Source: the human T2T-CHM13v2.0 reference genome, Homo sapiens
Strand: one strand, 5' to 3'
DNA length: 64,000 bases
NCBI RefSeq assembly: GCF_009914755.1
Contig: NC_060947.1
Shown: piece after piece, positions 26,001 through 39,600 of the stretch
How the letters are laid out: each line of letters opens with the position of its first letter
Position numbering within the stretch: position 1 is the first letter of the stretch
Program-made: the position numbers and the translations under genes
The notes under the pieces: generated by a model
Databases searched by the model: none
The model's input: the letters and a program-made list of their open reading frames with translations, nothing else
Told to the model about the DNA's origin: nothing

Positions 26001-29000
26001 ATAACGAATGTTCAGCTCTCTGAGTTAAACTCCATCGTCACAAAGAATTTTCTGAGAGTGCTACCGTCTAGTTTTTATAGGAAGTTCTTTCCTTTACTAC
26101 CACAGGCCTCAAAGCGGTCCAAATCTCCACTTGCAGATTCTACAAAAAGAGTGTTTGCAAACTGCTCTATCAAAAGGAATGTTCAACTCTGGGAGTTGAA
26201 TGCAATCATCACAGAGCAGTTTCTGAGAATGCTTCTATGTCGTTTTTAGGAGAAGATATTTCCTTTTCCAACACAGTCCTCCAAGCCCGCTAAATATCCA
26301 CTTGCACATTGTAGAAAAAGTGTGTCGAAGCTGCGCTATCAAAGGGAAAGTTCAACTCTGTGAGGTGAATGCAAACATCCCAAAGAAGTTTCTGAGAATG
26401 CTTCCGTTTAGCTTTTAGGTGAAGATTATCCCGTTTCCAACGAAATCTTCAAAGAGGTCCAAATATCCCCTTGCGGATCCCACAGAAAGAGTGTTTCGAA
26501 ACTGCTGTTTCAAAAGGAATCTTCAACTCTGTGAGTTGAATGCAATCATCACAAAGAAGTTTCTGACAATGCTTCTCTCTCGTCTTTCTGTGAAGATAAA
26601 GGAAAAGGCTTTCAGGCCTTTTCCACCACAGGCCTGAAAGCGCTCCAAATGACCACTTGCAGATTCTGCCAAAAGAATATTTCAAAACTGCTCTATGAAA
26701 AGCAATGTTAAACTCTGTGGCTCGAACACAAACATCACAAAGCAGTTTCTGAGAATGCTTCAGTTTAGTTTTTCTGTGGAAATATTCCCGTTTCCAAAGA
26801 AATCTTCAAAGAGGTCCACGCATCCACTTACAGATTCTACAAAAAGACAGTTTCAAAACTGCTCAATCAAAAGGAGGGTTCAACTGTGTGACTTGAATGC
26901 AATCATCACTCAGAAGTTTCTGAGAACGCTTCTCTTTAGTTTTTACGTGAACATATACCCGTTTCGAACGAAGGCCAGCCAGTGGTCCAAATATCCACTT
27001 GCAGATTCTACAGAAAGAGTGTTTCGAACCTGAACTCTCAAAGGCAGGTTCATCTCTGCGAGTTAAATGCATTCATCATGAAGAACTTTCTCAGCGTGTT
27101 TGTGTTTAATTATGGGAAATTATTCCCGTTTCCAACGAAATCCTCAGAGAGGTCCAAATATCCACCTGCAGATTCTACCAAAAGTGTATTTGGAAACTGC
27201 TCCATCAAAAGGCATGTTCAGCTCTGTGAGGGAAACTCCATCATCACAAAGAATATTCTGAGAATGCTTCCGTTTGCCTTTTATATGAAGTTCCTTCCTA
27301 TACTACCGTAGGCCTCAAAGCAGTCCAAATCTCCATTTGCAGATTCTACAAAAAGAGTGATTCCAATCTGCTCTATCAATAGGATTGTTCAACTCCATGA
27401 GTTGAATGCCATCCTCACAAAGTAGTTTCTGAGAATGCTTCTATCTAGTTTTTATGTGAAGATATTTCCTTTTCCACCACAGGCCTCAAAGCCCTCCAAA
27501 GGTCCACTTGCAGATTCTAGAAAAAGAGTGTTTCATAGCTGCTCTTTCAAAAGGAAAGTTCAACTCTGGGAGTTGAATACAAACATCACAAAGTAGTTTC
27601 CGAGAATGCTTCTGTTTAGTTCTTATGTGAAGATGATCCCGTTTCCAGTGAAATCTTCAAAGAGGTCCACATATCCCCTTGCAGATTCCAAAGAAAGAGG
27701 GTTTCAAAACTGCTCCATCAAAAGGATTGTTCAACTCTGTGAGTTGAATGCAGTCATCGCAGAAAACTTTCTGAGAATGCTTCTGTCTAGGTTTGATGTG
27801 AAGATATAGACGTTTCAAACGAACGCTACAAAGTGGTCAAAATATACACTTGCAGATTCTACTACAAGGGTGTTGCAAACCTCAACTATCAAAGGAAGGT
27901 TCAACTCTGTGAGTTGAATACAAACATCACAAAGAATGTTCTGAGTTTGCTTCCGTTCAGTTATGGGAAGTTGATCCCATTTCCAACGAAATCCTCAGAG
28001 AGGTCCAAATATCCCCTTGCAGATTCTACAAAACGTGTGTTTGGAAACTGCTCCATCATAATGAATGTTCAGCTCTCTGAGTTAAACTCCATCGTCACAA
28101 AGAATTTTCTGATAGTGCTACCGTCTAGTTTTTATATGAAGTTCTTTCCTTTACTACCACAGGCCTCAAAGCGGTCCAAATCTCCACTTGCAGATTCTAC
28201 AAAAAGAGTGTTTGCAAACTGCTCTATCAAAAGGAATGTTCAACTCTGGGAGTTGAATGCAATCATCACAGAGCAGTTTCTGAGAATGCTTCTATGTCGT
28301 TTTTAGGAGAAGATATTTCCTTTTCCAACACAGTCCTCCAAGCCCGCTAAATATCCACTTGCACATTGTAGAAAAAGTGTGTCGAAGCTGCGCTATCAAA
28401 GGGAAAGTTCAACTCTGTGAGGTGAATGCAAACATCCCAAAGAAGTTTCTGAGAATGCTTCCGTTTAGCTTTTAGGTGAAGATTATCCCGTTTGCAACGA
28501 AATCTTCAAAGAGGTCCAAATATCCCCTTGCGGATCCCACAGAAAGAGTGTTTCGAAACTGCTGTTTCAAAAGGAATCTTCAACTCTGTGAGTTGAATGC
28601 AATCATCACAAAGAAGTTTCTGACAATGCTTCTCTCTCATCTTTCTGTGAAGATAAAGGAAAAGGCTTTCAGGCCTTTTCCACCACAGGCCTGAAAGCGC
28701 TCCAAATGTCCACTTGCAGATTCTGCCAAAAGAATATTTCAAAACTGCTCTATGAATAGCAATGTTAAATTCTGCGGCTCGAACACAAACATAACAAAGC
28801 AGTTTCTGAGAATGCTTCAGTTTAGTTTTTCTGTGGAAATATTCCCGTTTCCAAAGAAATCTTCAAAGAGGTCCACGCATCCACTTACAGATTCTACAAA
28901 AAGACAGTTTCAAAACTGCTCAATCAAAAGGAGGGTTCAACTGTGTGACTTGAATGCAATCATCACTCAGAAGTTTCTGAGAATGCATCTCTTTAGTTTT

Positions 29001-32000
29001 TACGTGAACATATACTCGTTTCGAACGAAGGCCAGCCAGTGGTCCAAATATCCACTTGCAGATTCTACAGAAAGAGTGTTTCGAACCTGAACTCTCAAAG
29101 GCAGGTTCATCTCTGCGAGTTAAATGCATTCATCATGAAGAACTTTCTCAGAGTGTTTGTGTTCAGTTATGGGAAATTATTCCCGTTTCCAACGAAATCC
29201 TCAGAGAGGTCCAAATATCCACCTGCAGATTCTACCAAAAGTGTATTTGGAAACTGCTCCATGAAAAGGCATGTTCAGCTCTGTGAGTGAAACTCCATCA
29301 TCACAAAGAATATTCTGAGAATGCTTCCCTTTGCCTTTTATATGAAGTTCCTTCCTATACTACCGTAGGCCTCAAAGCAGTCCAAATCTCCATTTGCAGA
29401 TTCTACAAAAAGAGTGATTCCAATCTGCTCTATCAATAGGATTGTTCAACTCCATGAGTCGAATGCCATCCTCATAAAGTAGTTTCTGAGAATGCTTCTA
29501 TCTAGTTTTTATGTGAAGATATTTCCTTTTCCACCACAGGCCTCAAAGCCCTCCAAACGTCCACTTGCAGATTCTCGAAAAAGAGTGTTTCATAGCTGCT
29601 CTTTCAAAAGGAAAGTTCAACTCTGGGAGGTGAATACAAACATCACAAAGTAGTTTCCGAGAATGCTTCTGTTTAGTTCTTATGTGAAGATGATCCCGTT
29701 TCCAGTGAAATCTTCAAAGAGGTCCACATATCCCCTTGCAGATTCCAAAGAAAGAGGGTTTCAAAACTGCTCCATCAAAAGGATTGTTCAACTCTGTGAG
29801 TTGAATGCAGTCATCGCAGAAAACTTTCTGAGAATGCTTCTGTCTGGGTTTGATGTGAAGATATAGACGTTTCAAACGAAGGCTACAAAGTGGTCAAAAT
29901 ATACACTTGCAGATTCTACTACAAGGGTGTTGCAAACCTGAACTATCAAAGGAAGGTTCAACTCTGTGAGTTGAATACAAACATCACAAAGAATGTTCTG
30001 AGTTTGCTTCCGTTCAGTTATGGGAAGTTGATCCCGTTTCCAACGAAATCCTCAGAGAGGTCCAAATATCCCCTTGCAGATTCTACAAAACGTGTGTTTG
30101 GAAACTGCTCCATCATAACGAATGTTCAGCTCTCTGAGTTAAACTCCATCGTCACAAAGAATTTTCTGAGAGTGCTACCGTCTAGTTTTTATATGAAGTT
30201 CTTTCCTTTACTACCACAGGCCTCAAAGCGGTCCAAATCTCCACTTGCAGATTCTACAAAAAGAGTGTTTGCAAACTGCTCTATCAAAAGGAATGTTCAA
30301 CTCTGGGAGTTGAATGCAATCATCACAGAGCAGTTTCTGAGAATGCTTCTATGTCGTTTTTAGGAGAAGATATTTCCTTTTCCAACACAGTCCTCCAAGC
30401 CCGCTAAATATCCACTTGCACATTGTAGAAAAAGTGTGTCGACGCTGCGCTATCAAAGGGAAAGTTCAACTCTGTGAGGTGAATGCAAACATCCCAAAGA
30501 AGTTTCTGAGAATGCTTCCGTTTAGCTTTTAGGTGAAGATTATCGTGTTTCCAACGAAATCTTCAAAGAGGTCCAAATATCCCCTTGCAGATCCCACAGA
30601 AAGAGTGTTTCGAAACTGCTGTTTCAAAAGGAATCTTCAACTCTGTGAGTTGAATGCAATCTTCACAAAGAAGTTTCTGACAATGCTTCTCTCTCGTCTT
30701 TCTGTGAAGATAAAGGAAAAGGCTTTCAGGCCTTTTCCACCACAGGCCTGAAAGCGCTCCAAATCTCCACTTGCAGATTCTGCCAAAAGAATATTTCAAA
30801 ACTGCTCTATGAAAAGCAATGTTAAACTCTGTGGCTCGAACACAAACATCACAAAGCAGTTTCTGAGAATGCTTCAGTTTAGTTTTTCTGTGGAAATATT
30901 CCCGTTTCCAAAGAAATCTTCAAAGAGGTCCACGAATCCACTTACAGATTCTACAAAAAGACAGTTTCAAAACTGCTCAATCAAAAGGAGGGTTCAACTG
31001 TGTGACTTGAATGCAATCATCACTCAGAAGTTTGTGTGAACGCTTCTCTTTAGTTTTTACGTGAACATATACCCGTTTCGAACGAAGGCCAGCCAGTGGT
31101 CCAAATATCCACTTGCAGATTCTACAGAAAGAGTGTTTCGAACCTGAACTCTCAAAGGCAGGTTCATCTCTGCGAGTTAAATGCATTCATCATGAAGAAC
31201 TTTCTCAGCGTGTTTGTGTTTAGTTATGGGAAATTATTCCCTTTTCCAACTAAATCCTCAGAGAGCTCCAAATATCCACCTGCAGATTCTACCAAAAGTG
31301 TATTTGGAAACTGCTCCATCAAAAGGCATGTTCAGCTCTGTGAGTGAAACTCCATGATCACAAAGAATATTCTGAGAATGCTTCCGTTTGCCTTTTATAT
31401 GAAGTTCCTTCCTATACTACCGTAGGCCTCAAAGCAGTCCAAATCTCCATTTGCAGATTCTACAAAAAGAGTGATTCCAATCTGCTCTATCAATAGGATT
31501 GTTCAACTCCATGAGTTGAATGCCATCCTCACAAAGTCGTTTCTGAGAATGCTTCTATCTAGTTTTTATGTGAAGATATTTCCTTTTCCACCACAGGCCT
31601 CAAAGCCCTCCAAACGTCCACTTGCAGATTCTCGAAAAAGAGTGTTTCATACCTGCCCTTCAAAAGGAAAGTTCAACTCTGGGAGGTGAATACAAACATC
31701 ACAAAGTAGTTTCCGAGTATGCTTCTCTTTAGTTCTTATGTGAAGATGATCCCGTTTCCAGTGAAATCTTCAAAGAGGTCCACATATCCCCTTGCAGATT
31801 CCAAAGAAAGAGGGTTACAAAACTGCTCCATCAAAAGGATTGTTCAACTCTGTGAGTTGAATGCAGTCATCACAGAAAACTTTCTGAGAATGCTTCTGTC
31901 TAGGTTTGATGTGAAGATATAGACGTTTCAAACGAAGGCTACAAAGTGGTCAAAATATACACTTGCAGATTCTACTACAAGGGTGTTGCAAACCTGAACT

Positions 32001-35000
32001 ATCAAAGGAAGGTTCAACTCTGTGAGTTGAATACAAACATCACAAAGAATGTTCTGAGTTTGCTTCCGTTCAGTTATGGGAAGTTGATCCCGTTTCCAAC
32101 GAAATCCTCAGAGAGGTCCAAATATCCCCTTGCAGATTCTACAAAACGTGTGTTTGGAAACTGCTCCATCATAACGAATGTTCAGCTCTCTGAGTTAAAC
32201 TCCATCGTCACAAAGAATTTTCTGAGAGTGCTACCGTCTAGTTTTTATAGGAAGTTCTTTCCTTTACTACCACAGGCCTCAAAGCGGTCCAAATCTCCAC
32301 TTGCAGATTCTACAAAAAGAGTGTTTGCAAACTGCTCTATCAAAAGGAATGTTCAACTCTGGGAGTTGAATGCAATCATCACAGAGCAGTTTCTGAGAAT
32401 GCTTCTATGTCGTTTTTAGGAGAAGATATTTCCTTTTCCAACACAGTCCTCCAAGCCCGCTAAATATCCACTTGCACATTGTAGAAAAAGTGTGTCGAAG
32501 CTGCGCTATCAAAGGGAAAGTTCAACTCTGTGAGGTGAATGCAAACATCCCAAAGAAGTTTCTGAGAATGCTTCCGTTTAGCTTTTAGGTGAAGATTATC
32601 CCGTTTCCAACGAAATCTTCAAAGAGGTCCAAATATCCCCTTGCGGATCCCACAGAAAGAGTGTTTCGAAACTGCTGTTTCAAAAGGAATCTTCAACTCT
32701 GTGAGTTGAATGCAATCATCACAAAGAAGTTTCTGACAATGCTTCTCTCTCGTCTTTCTGTGAAGATAAAGGAAAAGGCTTTCAGGCCTTTTCCACCACA
32801 GGCCTGAAAGCGCTCCAAATCTCCACTTGCAGATTCTGCCAAAAGAATATTTCAAAACTGCTCTATGAAAAGCAATGTTAAACTCTGTGGCTCGAACACA
32901 AACATCACAAAGCAGTTTCTGAGAATGCTTCAGTTTAGTTTTTCTGTGGAAATATTCCCGTTTCCAAAGAAATCTTCAAAGAGGTCCACGAATCCACTTA
33001 CAGATTCTACAAAAAGACAGTTTCAAAACTGCTCAATCAAAAGGAGGGTTCAACTGTGTGACTTGAATGCAATCATCACTCAGAAGTTTGTGTGAACGCT
33101 TCTCTTTAGTTTTTACGTGAACATATACCCGTTTCGAACGAAGGCCAGCCAGTGGTCCAAATATCCACTTGCAGATTCTACAGAAAGAGTGTTTCGAACC
33201 TGAACTCTCAAAGGCAGGTTCATCTCTGCGAGTTAAATGCATTCATCATGAAGAACTTTCTCAGCGTGTTTGTGTTTAGTTATGGGAAATTATTCCCTTT
33301 TCCAACTAAATCCTCAGAGAGCTCCAAATATCCACCTGCAGATTCTACCAAAAGTGTATTTGGAAACTGCTCCATCAAAAGGCATGTTCAGCTCTGTGAG
33401 TGAAACTCCATGATCACAAAGAATATTCTGAGAATGCTTCCGTTTGCCTTTTATATGAAGTTCCTTCCTATACTACCGTAGGCCTCAAAGCAGTCCAAAT
33501 CTCCATTTGCAGATTCTACAAAAAGAGTGATTCCAATCTGCTCTATCAATAGGATTGTTCAACTCCATGAGTTGAATGCCATCCTCACAAAGTCGTTTCT
33601 GAGAATGCTTCTATCTAGTTTTTATGTGAAGATATTTCCTTTTCCACCACAGGCCTCAAAGCCCTCCAAACGTCCACTTGCAGATTCTCGAAAAAGAGTG
33701 TTTCATACCTGCCCTTCAAAAGGAAAGTTCAACTCTGGGAGGTGAATACAAACATCACAAAGTAGTTTCCGAGTATGCTTCTCTTTAGTTCTTATGTGAA
33801 GATGATCCCGTTTCCAGTGAAATCTTCAAAGAGGTCCACATATCCCCTTGCAGATTCCAAAGAAAGAGGGTTACAAAACTGCTCCATCAAAAGGATTGTT
33901 CAACTCTGTGAGTTGAATGCAGTCATCACAGAAAACTTTCTGAGAATGCTTCTGTCTAGGTTTGATGTGAAGATATAGACGTTTCAAACGAAGGCTACAA
34001 AGTGGTCAAAATATACACTTGCAGATTCTACTACAAGGGTGTTGCAAACCTGAACTATCAAAGGAAGGTTCAACTCTGTGAGTTGAATACAAACATCACA
34101 AAGAATGTTCTGAGTTTGCTTCCGTTCAGTTATGGGAAGTTGATCCCGTTTCCAACGAAATCCTCAGAGAGGTCCAAATATCCCCTTGCAGATTCTACAA
34201 AACGTGTGTTTGGAAACTGCTCCATCATAACGAATGTTCAGCTCTCTGAGTTAAACTCCATCGTCACAAAGAATTTTCTGAGAGTGCTACCGTCTAGTTT
34301 TTATAGGAAGTTCTTTCCTTTACTACCACAGGCCTCAAAGCGGTCCAAATCTCCACTTGCAGATTCTACAAAAAGAGTGTTTGCAAACTGCTCTATCAAA
34401 AGGAATGTTCAACTCTGGGAGTTGAATGCAATCATCACAGAGCAGTTTCTGAGAATGCTTCTATGTCGTTTTTAGGAGAAGATATTTCCTTTTCCAACAC
34501 AGTCCTCCAAGCCCGCTAAATATCCACTTGCACATTGTAGAAAAAGTGTGTCGAAGCTGCGCTATCAAAGGGAAAGTTCAACTCTGTGAGGTGAATGCAA
34601 ACATCCCAAAGAAGTTTCTGAGAATGCTTCCGTTTAGCTTTTAGGTGAAGATTATCCCGTTTCCAACGAAATCTTCAAAGAGGTCCAAATATCCCCTTGC
34701 GGATCCCACAGAAAGAGTGTTTCGAAACTGCTGTTTCAAAAGGAATCTTCAACTCTGTGAGTTGAATGCAATCATCACAAAGAAGTTTCTGACAATGCTT
34801 CTCTCTCGTCTTTCTGTGAAGATAAAGGAAAAGGCTTTCAGGCCTTTTCCACCACAGGCCTGAAAGCGCTCCAAATGACCACTTGCAGATTCTGCCAAAA
34901 GAATATTTCAAAACTGCTCTATGAAAAGCAATGTTAAACTCTGTGGCTCGAACACAAACATCACAAAGCAGTTTCTGAGAATGCTTCAGTTTAGTTTTTC

Positions 35001-36600
35001 TGTGGAAATATTCCCGTTTCCAAAGAAATCTTCAAAGAGGTCCACGCATCCACTTACAGATTCTACAAAAAGACAGTTTCAAAACTGCTCAATCAAAAGG
35101 AGGGTTCAACTGTGTGACTTGAATGCAATCATCACTCAGAAGTTTCTGAGAACGCTTCTCTTTAGTTTTTACGTGAACATATACCCGTTTCGAACGAAGG
35201 CCAGCCAGTGGTCCAAATATCCACTTGCAGATTCTACAGAAAGAGTGTTTCGAACCTGAACTCTCAAAGGCAGGTTCATCTCTGCGAGTTAAATGCATTC
35301 ATCATGAAGAACTTTCTCAGCGTGTTTGTGTTTAATTATGGGAAATTATTCCCGTTTCCAACGAAATCCTCAGAGAGGTCCAAATATCCACCTGCAGATT
35401 CTACCAAAAGTGTATTTGGAAACTGCTCCATCAAAAGGCATGTTCAGCTCTGTGAGGGAAACTCCATCATCACAAAGAATATTCTGAGAATGCTTCCGTT
35501 TGCCTTTTATATGAAGTTCCTTCCTATACTACCGTAGGCCTCAAAGCAGTCCAAATCTCCATTTGCAGATTCTACAAAAAGAGTGATTCCAATCTGCTCT
35601 ATCAATAGGATTGTTCAACTCCATGAGTTGAATGCCATCCTCACAAAGTAGTTTCTGAGAATGCTTCTATCTAGTTTTTATGTGAAGATATTTCCTTTTC
35701 CACCACAGGCCTCAAAGCCCTCCAAACGTCCACTTGCAGATTCTCGAAAAAGAGTGTTTCATAGCTGCTCTTTCAAAAGGAAAGTTCAACTCTGGGAGGT
35801 GAATACAAACATCACAAAGTAGTTTCCGAGAATGCTTCTGTTTAGTTCTTATGTGAAGATGATCCCGTTTCCAGTGAAATCTTCAAAGAGGTCCACATAT
35901 CCCCTTGCAGATTCCAAAGAAAGAGGGTTTCAAAACTGCTCCATCAAAAGGATTGTTCAACTCTGTGAGTTGAATGCAGTCATCGCAGAAAACTTTCTGA
36001 GAATGCTTCTGTCTAGGTTTGATGTGAAGATATAGACGTTTCAAACGAAGGCTACAAAGTGGTCAAAATATACACTTGCAGATTCTACTACAAGGGTGTT
36101 GCAAACCTGAACTATCAAAGGAAGGTTCAACTCTGTGAGTTGAATACAAACATCACAAAGAATGTTCTGAGTTTGCTTCCGTTCAGTTATGGGAAGTTGA
36201 TCCCATTTCCAACGAAATCCTCAGAGAGGTCCAAATATCCCCTTGCAGATTCTACAAAACGTGTGTTTGGAAACTGCTCCATCATAACGAATGTTCAGCT
36301 CTCTGAGTTAAACTCCATCGTCACAAAGAATTTTCTGAGAGTGCTACCGTCTGGTTTTTATATGAAGTTGTTTCCTTTACTACCACAGGCCTCAAAGCGG
36401 TCCAAATCTCCACTTGCAGATTCTACAAAAAGAGTGTTTGCAAACTGCTCTATCAAAAGGAATGTTCAACTCTGGGAGTTGAATGCAATCATCACAGAGC
36501 AGTTTCTGAGAATGCTTCTATGTCGTTTTTAGGAGAAGATATTTCCTTTTCCAACACAGTCCTCCAAGCCCGCTAAATATCCACTTGCACATTGTAGAAA
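11081..36600. repeat. HOR haplotype block 2, a mosaic of recently duplicated 2,056/2,057 bp units
   Basis: Marker catacctgccctt (1 bp deletion) at ~11082, 17251, 23420, 25478, 31648 and 33704; gggaggtgaatac; tttataggaag; ORF variants recurring at +6,169 and about +10,283. Confidence 0.75.
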
Positions 36601-39600
36601 AAGTGTGTCGAAGCTGCGCTATCAAAGGGAAAGTTCAACTCTGTGAGGTGAATGCAAACATCCCAAAGAAGTTTCTGAGAATGCTTCCGCTTAGCTTTTA
36701 GGTGACGATTATCCATTTTCCAACGAAACCTTCAAATAGATCCAAATATCCCCTTGCGGATCCCACAGAAAGAGTGTTTCGAAACTGCTGTTTCAAAAGG
36801 AATCTTCAACTCTGTGAGTTGAATGCAATCATCACAAAGAAGTTTCTGACAATGCTTCTCTCTCGTCTTTCTGTGAAGATAAAGGAAAAGGCTTTCAGGC
36901 CTTTTCCACCACAGGCCTGAAAGCGCTCCAAATGTCCACTTGCAGATTCTGCCAAAAGAATATTTCAAAACTGCTCTATGAAAAGCAATGTTAAACTCTG
37001 CGGCTCGAACACAAACATCACAAAGCAGTTTCTGAGAATGCTTCAGTTTAGTTTTTCTGTGGAAATATTCCCGTTTCCAAAGAAATCTTCAAAGAGGTCC
37101 ACGCATCCACTTACAGATTCTACAAAAAGACAGTTTCAAAACTGCTCAATCAAAAGGAGGGTTCAACTGTGTGACTTGAATGCAATCATCACTCAGAAGT
37201 TTCTGAGAACGCTTCTCTTTAGTTTTTACGTGAACATATACCCGTTTCGAACGAAGGCCACCCTGTGGTCCAAATATCCACTTGCAGATTCTACAGAAAG
37301 AGTGTTTCGAACCTGAACTCTCAAAGGCAGGTTCATCTCTGTGAGTTAAATGCATTCATCATGAAGAACTTTCTCAGCGTGTTTGTGTTTAGTTATGGGA
37401 AATTATTCCCGTTTCCAACGAAATCCTCAGAGAGCTCCAAATATCCACCTGCAGATTCTACCAAAAGTGTATTTGGAAACTGCTCCATCAAAAGGTATGT
37501 TCAGCTCTGTGAGTGAAACTCCATCATCACAAAGAATATTCTGAGAATGCTTCCGTTTGCCTTTTATATGAAGTTCCTTCCTATACTACCGTAGGCCTCA
37601 AAGCAGTCCAAATCTCCATTTGCAGATTCTACAAAAAGAGTGATTCCAATCTCCTCTATCAATAGGACTGTTCAACTCCATGAGTTGAATGCCATCCTCA
37701 CAAAGTCGTTTGTGAGAATGCTTCTATCTAGTTTTTATGTGAAGATATTTCCTTTTCCACCACAGGCCTCAAAGCCCTCCAAACGTCCACTTGCAGATTC
37801 TCGAAAAAGAGTGTTTCATAGCTGCTCTTTCAAAAGGAAAGTTCAACTCTGGGAGGTGAATACAAACATCACAAATTAGTTTCCGAGAATGCTTCTGTTT
37901 AGTTCTTATGTGAAGATGATCCCGTTTCCAGTGAAATCTTCAAAGAGGTCCACATATCCCCTTGCAGATTCCAAAGAAAGAGGGTTTCAAAACTGCTCCA
38001 TCAAAAGGATTGTTCAACTCTGTGAGTTGAATGCAGTCATCGCAGAAAACTTTCTGAGAATGCTTCTGTCTAGGTTTGATGTGAAGATATAGACGTTTTA
38101 AACGAAGGTTACAAAGTGGTCAAAATATACACTTGCAGATTCTACTACAAGGCTGTTGCAAACCTGAACTATCAAAGGAAGGTTCAACTCTGTGAGTTGA
38201 ATACAAACATCACAAAGAATGTTCTGAGTTTGCTTCCGTTCAGTTATGGGAAGTTGATCCCGTTTCCAACGAAATCCTCAGAGAGGTCCAAATATCCCCT
38301 TGCAGATTCTACAAAACGTGTGTTTGGAAACTGCTCCATCATAACGAATGTTCAGCTCTCTGAGTTAAACTCCATCGTCACAAAGAATTTTCTGAGAGTG
38401 CTACCGTCTAGTTTTTATATGAAGTTCTTTCCTTTACTACCACAGGCCTCAAAGCGGTCCAAATCTCCACTTGCAGATTCTACAAAAAGAGTGTCTGCAA
38501 ACTGCTCTATCAAAAGGAATGTTCAAATCTGGGAGTTGAATGCAATCATCACAGAGCAGTTTCTGAGAATGCTTCTATGTGGTTTTTAGGAGAAGATATT
38601 TCCTTTTCCAACACAGTCCTCCAAGCCCGCTAAATATCCACTTGCACATTGTAGAAAAAGTGTGTCGAAGCTGCGCTATCAAAGGGAAAGTTCAACTCTG
38701 TGAGGTGAATGCAAACATCCCAAAGAAGTTTCTGAGAATGCTTCCGTTTAGCTTTTAGGTGAAGATTATCCCGTTTGCAACGAAATCTTCAAAGAGGTCC
38801 AAATATCCCCTTGCGGATCCCACAGAAAGAGTGTTTCGAAACTGCTGTTTCAAAAGGAATCTTCAACTCTGTGAGTTGAATGCAATCATCACAAAGAAGT
38901 TTCTGACAATGCTTCTCTCTCGTCTTTCTGTGAAGATAAAGGAAAAGGCTTTCAGGCCTTTTCCACCACAGGCCTGAAAGCGCTCCAAATGTCCACTTGC
39001 AGATTCTGCCAAAAGAATATTTCAAAACTGCTCTATGAAAAGCAATGTTAAACTCTGTGGCTCGAACACAAACATCACAAAGCAGTTTCTGAGAATGCTT
39101 CAGTTTAGTTTTTCTGTGGAAATATTCCCGTTTCCAAAGAAATCTTCAAAGAGGTCCACGTATCCACTTACAGATTCTACAAAAAGACAGTTTCAAAACT
39201 GCTCAATCAAAAGGAGGGTTCAACTGTGTGACTTGAATGCAATCATCACTCAGAAGTTTCTGAGAACGCTTCTCTTTAGTTTTTACGTGAACATATACCC
39301 GTTTCGAACGAAGGCCAGCCAGTGGTCCAAATATCCACTTGCAGATTCTACAGAAAGAGTGTTTCGAACCTGAACACTCAAAGGCAGGTTCATCTCTGCG
39401 AGTTAAATGCATTCATCATGAAGAACTTTCTCAGCGTGTTTGTGTTTAGTTATGGGAAATTATTCCCTTTTCCAACGAAATCCTCAGAGAGCTCCAAATA
39501 TCCACCTGCAGATTCTACCAAAAGTGTATTTGGAAACTGCTCCATCAAAAGGCATGTTCAGCTCTGTGAGTGAAACTCCATCATCACAAAGAATATTCTG

